From Octopus sinensis (lineage: Eukaryota), in contig NC_042997.1 in NCBI RefSeq assembly GCF_006345805.1, positions 134,292,001-134,356,000 on the forward strand: 64,000 nucleotides of DNA. Direction: 5' to 3'. How positions within the stretch are numbered: position 1 is the first letter of the stretch; every line of letters starts with the position of its first letter. A model generated the notes under the pieces. That model made no database searches and was not told the origin of the DNA. It saw nothing but the letters and a program-made list of their open reading frames with translations. A program made the position numbers and the translations under genes. Shown one piece after another: positions 1-11,706 of this stretch.

Positions 1-613
1 TCAATCTATCCATTAATATTACCAACACATTCCCACCATATGTAACTTAGCGGTTTGGCATAAGAGACCGATAGAATAAGTACTAGGCTTACAAAGAATA
101 AGTCCTGATGTCGATTTGCTCGACTAAAGGCGGTGCTCCCGCATGACCACAGTCAAATGACTGAGTCAAGTAAAAGAGTAAAAGAGTTGCGGTTTCGTTA
201 CATATGGGAGGGGTCATTATACAGAAAGCTATACAGTAGTGCAAAAGATTTGACTGAGAATGTAAAAGGTAAACACCCGCTTCAAAAAAAAGAAAAAAAG
301 AAATGTGTTAAAAATACTTAAAATAACCCGATTGTTGTGAACGTCTGCATCAGTTAAAGCTGCAATAATATCGCGCCAACGATTATGAATAAACAATAAT
401 GAAACAAATATTTAACCAGGGTTAGATTAACTCGCAACACTTTGTATTTGACTTATGGGATATCATACTACAATTATTTTAAATTTGTGATTGAGAAAAA
501 AAAAATAAACCGGATTCATCAAATTACCGGATATAAATTAACGCTCCTTTATTTTGCGTCTTAAAATTCGCTAATGTTTTCCGGTTGCATTGGGAATTAC
601 TAGGAAGTACTCG

Positions 614-819
614 ACTGGGGTTGTACACACACACAAACACATACATACACACACACATATATATATACATATACACATTCATATACATTCATATACATAC
701 CTACATATATATATACATATACACATTCATATACATACTTACATACCTACCTACATACATGCAACATGTATATAAACTCAAATACGCACACACACACACA
801 CACACATATAAACCCAAAT

Positions 820-853
<34 letters not shown>

Positions 854-1018
854 GTATATGTATATGTGTGTGTGTGTGTATTTGAGTTTATATATATGTA
901 TGTATATAGGTAGGTATGTAGGTATGTATATGAATGTGTATATATATATGTGTGTGTTTGTGTGTCTATGTGTGTGTGTGTATGTGTGTGCGTATGCGCG
1001 TGTGTGTACAACCCCAGT
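614..1018. repeat. Foldback/MITE-like palindrome with a microsatellite body
   Basis: ACTGGGGTTGTACACACAC at 614 is the reverse complement of GTGTGTGTACAACCCCAGT ending 1018. The inner ATATAAACTCAAATAC (~771) pairs with GTATTTGAGTTTATAT (~877). The body is CA/TACA on the left and TG/TGTA on the right. Confidence 0.6.
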
Positions 1019-1037
1019 TGTATATATATATATATAT

Positions 1038-1328
1038 CGCGTCACGTCACGTGACCGACCAGACTATCAGATGTTGCTACACATCACTGGTCACAATGCA
1101 CTTCGCATTGTTTTAGCCTTCAAATGACGCCACCCCGCTGGCTAAGCGAGCAGGCCAAAAGAAGAAAGAGTGAGAGAACAGCAGGGATCGCCACCACCTC
1201 CTGCCGGAGCCTGGTAGAGCTTTAGGTGTTTTCGCTCAATAAACACAAACAACGCCTGGTCTTGGAATCGAAACCGTGATCCTACGACCGCGAGTCCGCT
1301 GCCGTAACCACTGGGCCATTGCGCCTCC
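1038..1328 (-). mobile_element. tRNA-derived SINE
   Basis: The minus strand starts GGAGGCGCAATGGCCCAGTGGTTACGG (A box) and has GGTTTCGATTCC (B box). Partial copies occur at 5155-5215 (-) and 5285-5400 (+). Confidence 0.8.
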
Positions 1329-1365
<37 letters not shown>

Positions 1366-1621
1366 TTTAACAATTAAGGATAATCTCTTAATAAGGGATC
1401 TTAACAAGAAATTATCAGGTAGCTAGCGTGAAAACCTCATAAAAGAAAAGAATCCGAAAATAATTTTTTTCTTCTGAACAATTAATTATATCTATATTGT
1501 ATAGAGGGCATTATTACACATAAATGCCTCACACTAGGAGGGACAGAGTCATTACTACCAAAATTATACTAATCATACCCAAATGCAGTTTTTCAAAGCA
1601 AGACATTTAAAAATGAATTAT

Positions 1622-1677
1622 GTTCTGTATCACCGTGATTTCACATACAACTTGCGTCTAATGATCGTCAGCAGAAC
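1622..1677 (-). ncRNA. Type I hammerhead ribozyme (family A)
   Basis: Reverse complement of the 2840-2895 motif. Confidence 0.85.
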
Positions 1678-2095
1678 TGATTCTGAATACATCATAAATA
1701 AACTAACCTTACGTAGCGAAGACGAACAGACAACTGCTCACCTCCGGCCAAGTACATGGAATGTTTATAAATCATATATCCGGTAAATGGCGGGCTTTTT
1801 ACGAACTGCATGTCGGGTAATGAAAAGTATTTCGGAATAAGTTTAACAATTAAGGATAATCTCTTAATAAGGGATCTTAACAAGAAATTATCAGGTAGCT
1901 AGCGTGAAAACCTCATAAAAGAAAAGAATCCGAAAATAATTTTTTTCTTCTGAACAAATAATTATATCTATATTGTATAGAGGGCATTATTACACATAAT
2001 GCCTCACACTAGGAGGGACAGAGTCATTACTACCAAAATTATACTAATCATACCCAATGCAGTTTTTCAAAGCAAGACATTTAAAAATGAATTAT

Positions 2096-2151
2096 GTTCT
2101 GTATCACCGTGATTTCACATACAACTTGCGTCTAATGATCGTCAGCAGAAC
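2096..2151 (-). ncRNA. Type I hammerhead ribozyme (family A)
   Basis: Same motif, 474 bp from the 1622 copy. Confidence 0.85.
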
Positions 2152-2839
2152 TGATTCTGAATACATCATAAATAAACTAACCTTACGTAGCGAAGACGAA
2201 CAGACAACTGCTCACTCCGGCCAAGTACATGGAATGTTTATAAATCATATATCCGGTAAATGGCGGGCTTTTTACGAACTGCATGTCGGGTAATGAAAAG
2301 TATTTCGGAATAAGTTTAACAATTAAGGATAATCTCTTAATAAGGGATCTTAACAAGAAATTATCAGGTAGCTAGCGTGAAAACCTCATAAAAGAAAAGA
2401 ATCCGAAAATAATCCGAAAATAATAAAATAATAAATGTCTTGCTTTGAAAAACTGCATTTGGGTATGATTAGTATAATTTTGGTAGTAATGACTCTGTCC
2501 CTCCTAGTGTGAGGCATTTATGTGTAATAATGCCCTCTATACAATATAGATATAATTAATTTGTTCAGAAGAAAAAAATTATTTTCGGATTCTTTTCTTT
2601 TATGAGGTTTTCACGCTAGCTACCTGATAATTTCTTGTTAAGATCCCTTATTAAGAGATTATCCTTAATTGTTAAACTTATTCCGAAATACTTTTCATTA
2701 CCCGACATGCAGTTCGTAAAAAGCCCGCCATTTACCGGATATATGATTTATAAAGATTCCATGTACTTGGCCGGAGTGAGCAGTTGTCTGTTCGTCTTCG
2801 CTACGTAAGGTTAGTTTATTTATGATGTATTCAGAATCA

Positions 2840-2895
2840 GTTCTGCTGACGATCATTAGACGCAAGTTGTATGTGAAATCACGGTGATACAGAAC
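2840..2895 (+). ncRNA. Type I hammerhead ribozyme (family A)
   Basis: GTTCTG-CTGACGA-tCATtaGACgcaaGTTgtATGt-GAAA-TCACgGTGA-TA-CAGAAC. Helix I is 6 bp, helix II has a GNRA loop, helix III is palindromic, and the cleavage triplet is AUA (cut after 2889). Confidence 0.88.
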
Positions 2896-3023
2896 ATAAT
2901 TCATTTTTAAATGTCTTGCTTTGAAAAACTGCATTTGGGTATGATTAGTATAATTTTGGTAGTAATGACTCTGTCCCTCCTAGTGTGAGGCATTTATGTG
3001 TAATAATGCCCTCTATACAATAT

Positions 3024-3115
<92 letters not shown>

Positions 3116-3129
3116 TATATATATATATA

Positions 3130-3176
<47 letters not shown>

Positions 3177-3180
<4 letters not shown>

Positions 3181-4055
3181 CCTTAATCCTTAAAAATGTT
3201 TTAGCCCGAAGGCCGCGGCCATGCTGGGGCACCACCGCTGATGAGCCACACTAGTTTGTGAATCCACCTCTGATACGTGGCACTTGATCAACAAGGAGTT
3301 CGATGCTGCTGCCCGCATCCGTGTCTCCTGTCGTGAGGTAGGTTCATCTGGGACTCCCAACAAGAAGGGATCCAGTTTAGTTTTAAAGAAACCCACATCC
3401 ACACCATGTAAGTCTCTCAGGCATTTAGGGAGGATGTTGAAAAGCTGTGGTCCTCTGAAACCCAAGCTGTTGCAGTATCTGGACCTGTATTTTGATGGTG
3501 ATGTTGGAATCCTTGGCACCACCACAGCGGCGCCCCGTTCTGCGGTTGGAGTAACTTTGAATGCCAAAGTTTGGGATAAGACCCTCCAGGATTTTCCAGA
3601 TGTATATTACTGCATATCTCTCTCCCGCCTCCGCTCCAGGGAGAAGAGGTTTAATACCTTCAGTCTTTCCCAGTAGCTGACATTTTGCATTGAGACGATT
3701 TTCTTTGTGTAGCTTCTCTGAGTTGCTTCGAGTTCTGCTGTTTGTTTTATATTGTGTGGTGACCAAAGGTGGGAGCAGTAGTCCAAGCGGCTGAGGACAA
3801 TGTTTTCCATAGGACCATCATGTCTCCTTCTTCTCTTGTTCTGAAAGTTCGGAGAATCCATCCAGCTAGCCGTCTGCATTTTTATCACACCAGATTAGCA
3901 ATATGCATTTGGAAAGATGCATCATTGCTCATGTCAATGCCCAGGTCACGCACTGATTTTGACTCAGGGATTGCAATTCTTCCTGGGCCAGTGTATCCAG
4001 TCTTCACGTCATTTACCTTTGTGTGCCAGTAGCGCAGGGCCTGGAACTTACCTGC
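3177..4055 (-). mobile_element. CR1-clade LINE 3' fragment (frameshifted)
   Basis: RT C-terminal motifs (LSRLDYCS.LWSP, LFSLERRRER, NSLGFRGPQLFN) are split across frames. The 3' tail is AAGGATTTA-like and runs into (TA)n. Confidence 0.85.
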
Positions 4056-4165
4056 ATTATATATATATATATATATTAGTAGAAGAAATAGCTATAACCC
4101 TTTGACTGCTATTTCTAAATTCGGTATGTGGTAAGGCAACTCGTTGCTAAACCCTTATTGCTTAG

Positions 4166-4197
<32 letters not shown>

Positions 4198-4216
4198 TAT
4201 ATATATATATATATAT

Positions 4217-5120
4217 CCTTAAATCCTTAAAAATGTTTTAGCCCGAAGGCCGCGGCATGCTGGGGCACCACCGCTGAATGAGCTACACTAGTTTGTTAAT
4301 CCACCTCTGATACGTGGCACTTGATCAACAAGGGAGTTCGATGCTGCTGCCCGCATCCGCGTCTCCTGTTGTGAGGTAGGTTCATCTGGGACTCCCAACA
4401 AGAAGAGATCCAGTTTAGTTTTAAAGAAACCCACATCCACACCATGTAAGTCTCTCAGGCATTTAGGGAGGATGTTAAAGAGCTGTGGTCCTCTGAAACC
4501 CAAGCTGTTGCAGTATCTGGACCTGTATTTTGATGGTGATGTTGGAATCCTTGGCACCACGCAGCGGCGCCCCGTTCTGCGGTTGGAGTAACTTTGAATG
4601 CCAAAGTTTGGGACAAGACCCTCCAGGATTTTCCAGATGTATATCACTGCATATCTCTCCCGCCTCCGCTCCAGGGAGAAGAGGTTTAATACCTTCAGTC
4701 TTTCCCAGTAGCTGACATTTTGCATTGAGACGATTTTCTTTGTGTAGCTTCTCTGAATTGCTTCGAGTTCTGCTGTTTGTTTTATATTGTGTGGTGACCA
4801 AAGTTGGGAGCAGTAGTCCAAGCGGCTGAGGACGAATGTTTTCCATAGGACCATCAGTGTCTCCTTCTCTCTTGTTCTGAAAGTTCGGAGAATCCATCCA
4901 GCTAGCCGTCTGCATTTTATCACCAGATTAGCAATATGCATTTGGAAAGATGCATCATTGCTCATGTCAATGCCCAGGTCACGCACTGATTTTGACTCAG
5001 GGATTGCAATTCTTCCTGGGCCAGTGTATCCAGTCTTCACGTCGTTTACCTTTGTGTGCCAGTAGCGCAGGGCCTGGAACTTACCTGCATTAAACTGCAT
5101 GTTGTTGTCCTCAGCCCACC
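4217..5120 (-). mobile_element. CR1-clade LINE 3' fragment, near-identical to 3177-4055
   Basis: ORF 4288-5178 reads WAEDNNMQFNAGKFQAL...VRDLGI...RLDYCSQLWSP...ERRRER. It is 5'-truncated in (TA)n. Confidence 0.88.
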
Positions 5121-5402
5121 TGTATATATATATATATATATATATATGGAGCTTTAGGTGTTTTCGCTCAATAAACACTCACAACGCCTGGTCTTGGAAT
5201 CGAAACCGTGATCCTATATATATATATATATATATATATAAGTATCAAAGTATATATATATATATATATAATATATATATATATAGGATCACGGTTTCGA
5301 TTCCAAGACCAGGCGTTGTGAGTGTTTATTGAGCGAAAACACCTAAAGCTCCACCAGGCTCCGGCAGGGGGGTGGGTGGCGATCCCTGCTGTTCTCTCAC
5401 TC

Positions 5403-5437
<35 letters not shown>

Positions 5438-5731
5438 ATGTAGGTATGTATATACGTCGTTTATCTTTTGCTTATTTCAGTCATATAACTGCAGCCATGC
5501 TGGCGCATAACTTTGAAGGATTTTAGTCGAACATATAGACGACAGGACTCATTTCTTAAAGACTGCTTCTTATTCCATTGGATTCTTATGCCAAACCGCT
5601 AAGTTTACGGAAACGTAGATATATCAAGCGGTCCTAGGGGACAAACACAGACGTACATAGTTATATACATACATACACTCGCACGAGCGTATGCGCGCAC
5701 ACGTTCACATACAGACACACACATATACATT

Positions 5732-5794
<63 letters not shown>

Positions 5795-5820
5795 CTATTT
5801 ATCTGTCAATCTGTCTATCT

Positions 5821-6267
5821 ATTTTTTGAAAAGGAAGGTGAGAATGGAAAGGCAGGTTTTGTCTCGTGAAAGTTTCAAAAAAAGGTGGGTGACTGTAGCA
5901 AAGATGGTGCGTGCGAGTGACGAAACCACTTTGAGCATGATCTTGTAAATCATAAAATAGAGAGAGAGAGAGCACTTTGCACTCTTGTGTTTTTTTCCTC
6001 CCTGCCTAAGGTTACCGTGGTCTTTTCTGTAGGCTTTTCTTTCCACGGATGAACCTAATCTTGTTTGCAACTTCAAAAAACATTTTTTTTCTCTCTGTGA
6101 TACACGATTCCTTTTGATCGCTTTTTTTTTCTTCCGATCCCTTTTGATCGAAATTTTACATTTGTCTCCTTTTTTTCTTCTTTTTACTTTTCCGCCTCCG
6201 AAAAGAAAAGCTCTACATTTGTAATTGTCCCCTCTGTGTCCAGCCCTGTGTGGCCAATAAAGAAAGT
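5821..6267 (+). mobile_element. Tx1/L1-clade LINE, short 3' fragment inserted in (ATCT)n
   Basis: LKRKVRMERQVLSRESFKKRWV matches the ORF2 end at 21680-21801. It shares the 3' UTR hairpin and the CAGCCCTGTGTGGC.AATAAAGAAA terminus. (ATCT)n lies on both sides. Confidence 0.85.
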
Positions 6268-6707
6268 TATCTATCTATCTCTCTATCAATCTATCTCTCT
6301 ATCAATCTCTCTCTCTCCTTCTCTCTCTCTCTCTCCTTCTCTCTCTCTCTCTCTCTCCTTCTCTCTCTCTCTCTTTCCTTCTCTCTCTCTCTCTCTCTCT
6401 CTCCTTCTCTCTCTCTCTCTCAACCAAACCGACTCACGTGGTTTTCGTTAACCCGAAGCTATTGTAGAAAACTCTTGCCCAAGGTGACATCCAGTTGAAC
6501 TGAACCCGGAACCATGGGGTTGGGCAGTAGGTTTCTTACCACACACCCACTGCTGTGCCTATGTATATAAAAATATATATGATTATATAGGTACAGGCGT
6601 GCCTGTGTCGTTAGAAAGTACTTTCGAATCACGTGATTCCGGGTTTTACCATAGCCCCAAGCCAACCAAATCCTCGTGAGTGCAGAATGTGAAGGAAATC
6701 TATCATA

Positions 6708-6846
<139 letters not shown>

Positions 6847-6992
6847 AAAGTAATTAAGATTCAAGTCACTTCTAATGAATTCACTTGAATGTGGTACTTA
6901 ACTTAGATGCACCAGAAACCTATATGGTATTAACCATACAATAATGTGGGGTGATTATAAACGAAAAAAAAGCAACAAGAATGGATTAGTTT

Positions 6993-7083
6993 TTTTAGTA
7001 CAATTGTTTCATACAAAGACAAGCTTTATTAAAAGCTGCAAATATTGCAGCAAATACAAGTGTCCCGTACTCATCAGCCAAAA
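6993..7083 (-). ncRNA. Type I hammerhead ribozyme (family B)
   Basis: Inverted copy of 7152-7242; helix I is TTTTGG/CTAAAA with one G-U pair. Confidence 0.8.
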
Positions 7084-7151
7084 CACATATGAGTTCTCCA
7101 AGCATCCTAGTGGGTGAGGCTACACTAGGATGCTTGGAGAACTCATATGTG

Positions 7152-7242
7152 TTTTAGCTGATGAGTACGGGACACTTGTATTTGCTGCAATATTTGCAGC
7201 TTTTAATAAAGCTTGTCTTTGTATGAAACAATTGTACTAAAA
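7152..7242 (+). ncRNA. Type I hammerhead ribozyme (family B)
   Basis: TTTTAG-CTGATGA-(gtacgggac...gtctttgtat, branched helix II)-GAAA-CAATTG-TA-CTAAAA; triplet GUA. Confidence 0.85.
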
Positions 7243-7273
7243 AAACTAATCCATTCTTGTTGCTTTTTTCTCG

Positions 7274-7306
<33 letters not shown>

Positions 7307-7404
7307 TGATAGAAATGGTAAGACAGCAAAAGAATGAATGAGACCTCGATATTATGTAAATAGAGGAATTTATCTGTAATTGTAGTATGTGTTTCCGATG
7401 GCCG

Positions 7405-7465
7405 GATAACTGAAGAGATGGCGGCGTGGATTTCCACCCCGACATCCGAAACTCGGAGTTTTATC
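7405..7465 (+). ncRNA. Type I hammerhead ribozyme (family C)
   Basis: GATAA-CTGAAGA-(gatg.cgg.gtgga-tt-tccac.ccg.catc c)-GAAA-CTCgGAG-TT-TTATC; triplet GUU. It lies in a ~190-bp piece between two (TA)n tracts. Confidence 0.8.
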
Positions 7466-7634
7466 ATGGCTACCGAATAATTGTCACATTATATATATAT
7501 ATGAGAAAAGATAGGTTCAAAGAGAACAATTCAAACTTTTTGAGAAATCCAAGAGAGAGAAAAAAGGATTTCTAATAAAGATTCATCCTATTTGTAAAGA
7601 ACAGCCAGAGCAAGTAATAAGAATATGAAATTAA

Positions 7635-7800
7635 TAGTCGAAAACTTTCGTTATAGGTATAGGCAAGTATAAAAAATGGAGGAAAAAAGATGCCCAATCA
7701 AAATTATTAAATCTAAGTTTGATTCAACATCTTTTTTTCCTCCATTTTTATACTTGTTTAAGGCATATTTATACCTATAACGAAATTTTTCAACTATATA
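7635..7800. repeat. Imperfect inverted repeat of a PLE-terminus-like sequence
   Basis: TTCGTTATAGGTAT..AAGTATAAAAAATGGAGGAAAAAAGATG pairs with CATCTTTTTTTCCTCCATTTTTATACTT..ATACCTATAACGAA. Confidence 0.6.
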
Positions 7801-7809
7801 TAAATATCT

Positions 7810-8910
7810 TTGATTAATAATATAAGTAAACGTATATCATTACTTTCTTATGATTTAGAGACTTTTAATAAACATGCTCCTTATTACAATGAGGCCCTTA
7901 GAGAGGCAGGTTATAATAGTAATATTAAATTTTTTATTAAAAATAAAGATATAACTATTAATATTAGAGATAAAATTATTAATAATTATTATAATAATTT
8001 TGTTAGTAATAGTGGTAATAATCTTAGAAATTATAAAATTAAAAATAATATAAATAAAAATAACAATAAAAATAAAAATAAAATTAATAACTTTAATAAT
8101 TCTTTAAATGTTAATTATAAATTTAAATCTAATAATAATAATTATAATATGATAAAGAAATATAATAATAACAATAATAATGACAGTTTTAATAATAAGA
8201 AGAAGGAAAATAAGAATAAAATTTGGTTAATAGTTCCTTATGGTGCTCAAGTTAAAACGAACATTATTAAAGAAATTTTAGATATTATTGAACTATTTAT
8301 TCGAGATAATCGTAAATATAAAAACATTTTCTCTAGTAATAATTTTGGAGTAGGTTATTCTACCACTAATAGTGTAGGTAACATTATTTCTTCTTTTAAC
8401 AAATTTAAACTGAATAATTTTTATAAAAATAAATTATATAATAATACCAATAATAAAGATAAGACACTAATTAACTGTACATGTAGAGATAAAACTAAAT
8501 ATGATATTAACGATGTAGTGTATAAATGTATAGTTACATTACATGATGAGAATAATAAGAATAATAATAATTCAAACGCGATATATATAGGGTCCACTTC
8601 CTCTAAAATAAAATTAAGAATCGCGCAGCATATGAATTCATTTAAAAATAAAAACTTAATCAACTCCACTGGACTTAGCAAGTACATTTGGGGACTTAAA
8701 TCCCAAAATATTAATTATAATTTATCTTGGGAAATAATTAGTAAGACTAAATCATATAGTATAGGAGCGAATTTTTGTTATTTATGTTTAAATGAGTTTA
8801 AGGAAATTTTATTTTATAAGCATGATAATTTAGTGAATATCTGTGATGAGCGCAAAATAAAATGCAGACACAAGTTACTTTACTTATATAATAAATTTCT
8901 TGATAAATGA
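7810..8910 (+). CDS. PLE polyprotein C-terminus: RT thumb, Asn-rich linker, GIY-YIG endonuclease (truncated)
   Basis: NNISKRIS..FNKHAPYYNEALREAGY; CTCR; VVYKC..YIGSTS..KLRIAQH..SF..TGLSKYIWGLK..CYLCLNE..KCRH. The usual CPL..C segment after CxCR appears deleted. Confidence 0.85.
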   Translation: MINNISKRISLLSYDLETFNKHAPYYNEALREAGYNSNIKFFIKNKDITINIRDKIINNYYNNFVSNSGNNLRNYKIKNNINKNNNKNKNKINNFNNSLNVNYKFKSNNNNYNMIKKYNNNNNNDSFNNKKKENKNKIWLIVPYGAQVKTNIIKEILDIIELFIRDNRKYKNIFSSNNFGVGYSTTNSVGNIISSFNKFKLNNFYKNKLYNNTNNKDKTLINCTCRDKTKYDINDVVYKCIVTLHDENNKNNNNSNAIYIGSTSSKIKLRIAQHMNSFKNKNLINSTGLSKYIWGLKSQNINYNLSWEIISKTKSYSIGANFCYLCLNEFKEILFYKHDNLVNICDERKIKCRHKLLYLYNKFLDK

Positions 8911-11112
8911 TGAATATTTCTTAGCCTTAATTAGCTCCCTATTTGTTGTTTTATGTAATAGTATTCTAAATATAGCAGGTGATTTGTAGTACTTATTATA
9001 TTAGTTTATTTTAGTTATTTAGGTTCTTTTTTTAATTATAGTTAGATTATATATAGTTGTTCATTTTATTACTAAATATTTTATTACTAAATACATTTTT
9101 AATAAATATTTAATGGTTAATTGAATATAGAGTCTGGTAAGTTACAATCTTATTTATTTTATATATTTTGTTATATTTCTGTTATAACTTCGTTAAATTA
9201 TAATTTTTGTTATATTAATCTATTTGTATGTAATCTCTATATATTTGAAATAGATTTATTTTATTGTTTATTTAATCTATTTTATTTAATATAGAAGTAT
9301 AGATTAGTAGATTAATTATTTAGATTTAACTTAATATTTACCTCTATTTTGTATTGTAGTATGAATATAGATATTTATATATGTATTTATTATATGATAT
9401 ATGTGGTTGTGTGTGTATGTATATATGTGTATATGTTGATGTGCGTGTATATATGTATATGTATATACATTTATTTATGTGTATGTGTGTGGGTGTGTGT
9501 ATATATTGAGTATTGTATGTATGTACATGTATGTATGTGTGTGCATATGTGTATGTGTGTATGTGTGTGTATATATGTGTGTATATATGTATATGTATGT
9601 ATGTGTGCATGTATGTGTATATGTGTATGTATATGTATGTATATATGTATATATATATGTATATATATATGTATATGTATGTATATATTTTTATATATTT
9701 ATGTATACGTATGTATAGTTATACTACAAATTTTGATAAGTATTTATAGATTATGTTATGATCACTAATTTTTGCTTATAATTATAAGGGCATGGGAAAT
9801 ACTTTATAATATGTTGAGGGTTACTATATAAATAAATTTTTTATATATTTATTAATCATATTAGATTTTTAGAATATATTTAATAATTAGTGGTTTTTAA
9901 TCATTTACATCATTTAATTTATTTTGTATTAAATATTATTTATCATAGTTATTTTATTAATAAATATTATAGTATAGAGAGATTTTATTCTTTATTTGCG
10001 ACTTCATTCTATTTACAATGATAAACCAATAATTTTCCCATTCACAATCTCATTAATAAAGCGTAGGTTCCTCACGCTTAATGAATTCTTCAACAGTTTA
10101 TTCTTTTTTTGCTAATAACGTAATTCCACGAATATTCTTATAAACGCTTAAAGACGTTTTCCGATTCAAAATTTTAGTTCATTGCTAAACTTCGCTAAGA
10201 TAAGTATGTATTTATTTAAAATCTTCAAATTGTAAATTTTAATATTGTATAAGTCTTTGGAGTAATAATATTTTCCTTATGTAAATATCGTTGTTTATGT
10301 AATGATCTAATTATCGTAATTTTCTATATTATTAGATATTAAATTTAAGTTTATTCGTAAGATACTACTTAGCGATAGATTTGTTATTTGATAGCAAGCA
10401 TACGAGGTGTTTTAAGTTAGGCTTTTGTATATACATGTTTTAATAGTATTAATTGTAGTTTTAAATTTATAATTAAATTAGGTAAACTTTGATAAACTTA
10501 GATATGTTTCGACTAAAGATTGGTCCAGGCCATGTCTAATTTAATTGCATAACTTAGTTATTTCTTTAAATTGATACTCGCTAGTTATTCCCATTGATAA
10601 TTATATTTATAGAATTTATAGTATTTATTCGATACTATATTAGTACGAATTGATTATTTCTATAAGTATTTTACATAAGATTTCCGAAAGTTCGTTTAAG
10701 TTTGTTTATTTGTATTTTGAAATTAGCTATTTCATATTTAAATATGAAAAATTAATTTATTAGGTTTTTATTATATGTGCATATATATTTATTTATAGAG
10801 ATTATTTTAGATCTTAGTTATAATATTTATATACATTTATATATTTTCATTGATAATTTATATATATTAGTCATTTTTAAATATTTATGTAATTAGATAT
10901 AGACTAATACCGATATTAGATTATTGGTGGGTTTACTACCTTATAAATTAAAATTAATATTTAACATTATAGTCGATTTTGATATAATCATAATTGTTAA
11001 GTTTTATGTTTCTAGTTTGATAATAGAGTTTATTATAAGTAAAATTATTATATTATTTATATCTTAAAAATATTGTTTAAATATTTCTGATTATATTTTA
11101 GATATTTCAATT

Positions 11113-11181
11113 AACCTGAAGATTGACTGTAACCATAACTCGAATTATTACGAATTGTACAGCCATGAAACGATCGTAGTG
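11113..11181 (+). ncRNA. Type I hammerhead ribozyme in the PLE pLTR (family D)
   Basis: AAC-CTGAAGA-(ttgactgta...tacagccat)-GAAA-CGATCG-TA-GT; triplet GUA. Helix I is only ~2 bp. Confidence 0.65.
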
Positions 11182-11494
11182 TTTTACTCTTTATCTTTTA
11201 TTAAACTTTTAATACTTTTGATATATATTTAAAATAATATAAATTAATTAATTTTATGTATTGGCTTACGTTTTTCATTGTTTGATTTGCCTAATAGTGG
11301 TTTTATCTCTAATTTAATATAATATAATATATTTTACTATAAAATTGGATTTAATCCTAAATCTGATTTTTTCCTGTAAGTTTGGATTTATTCCCTAATA
11401 TTTTATTATATATATGTGTGTGTGTGTGTGTATGTATGTACACACACACACATATTTATATTTGCGTGTGTGCGTGCGTGTAAGTTGTATTTAT

Positions 11495-11558
<64 letters not shown>

Positions 11559-11618
11559 ATATGTGTGTGTGGTGTGTGTGTATATATATATATATGTATA
11601 TATATGCATATATATATG

Positions 11619-11706
<88 letters not shown>

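Larger units (their letters stand above)
1362..3029. mobile_element. Non-coding ~475-bp HHR-containing unit, tandem plus inverted (retrozyme-like / non-autonomous PLE), family A
   Basis: Head-to-tail copies start near 1362, 1838 and 2311. The orientation flips at ~2412-2434 and an inverted ~600-bp arm runs to ~3029. Both ends abut (TA)n. One HHR per unit; no credible ORF. Confidence 0.85.
6961..7274. repeat. Near-perfect ~150-bp-arm inverted repeat with an HHR in each arm (family B)
   Basis: The arms 6961-7112 and 7123-7274 are reverse complements with about 2-3 differences, around the loop GGTGAGGCTA. (TA)n follows. Confidence 0.9.
7803..11410 (+). mobile_element. 5'-truncated Penelope-like element (possibly Naiad-type), very AT-rich, long 3' region ending in an HHR-bearing pLTR
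   Basis: RT-thumb plus GIY-YIG ORF, then ~2.2 kb of AT-rich sequence, the HHR at 11113-11181, and a (TA)n end. Confidence 0.75.

Noticed and set aside
1290-1328. tRNA genes
   Set aside because: The A/B boxes belong to SINE heads with no complete cloverleaf; no true tRNA or rRNA gene was seen.
1362-2412. CRISPR-like or satellite array
   Set aside because: The units are ~475 bp with no spacers and the context is eukaryotic; HHR-bearing retroelement units explain them better.
1583-2934. Repeated 67-78 aa ORF MQFFKARHLKMNY..
   Set aside because: It is antisense to the HHR, disrupted differently between copies, and not conserved in the related 57-kb unit.
7810-8910. Possible selenoprotein-type (Naiad) PLE
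   Set aside because: There is no in-frame TGA at Cys positions in the retained part and no convincing SECIS by eye.
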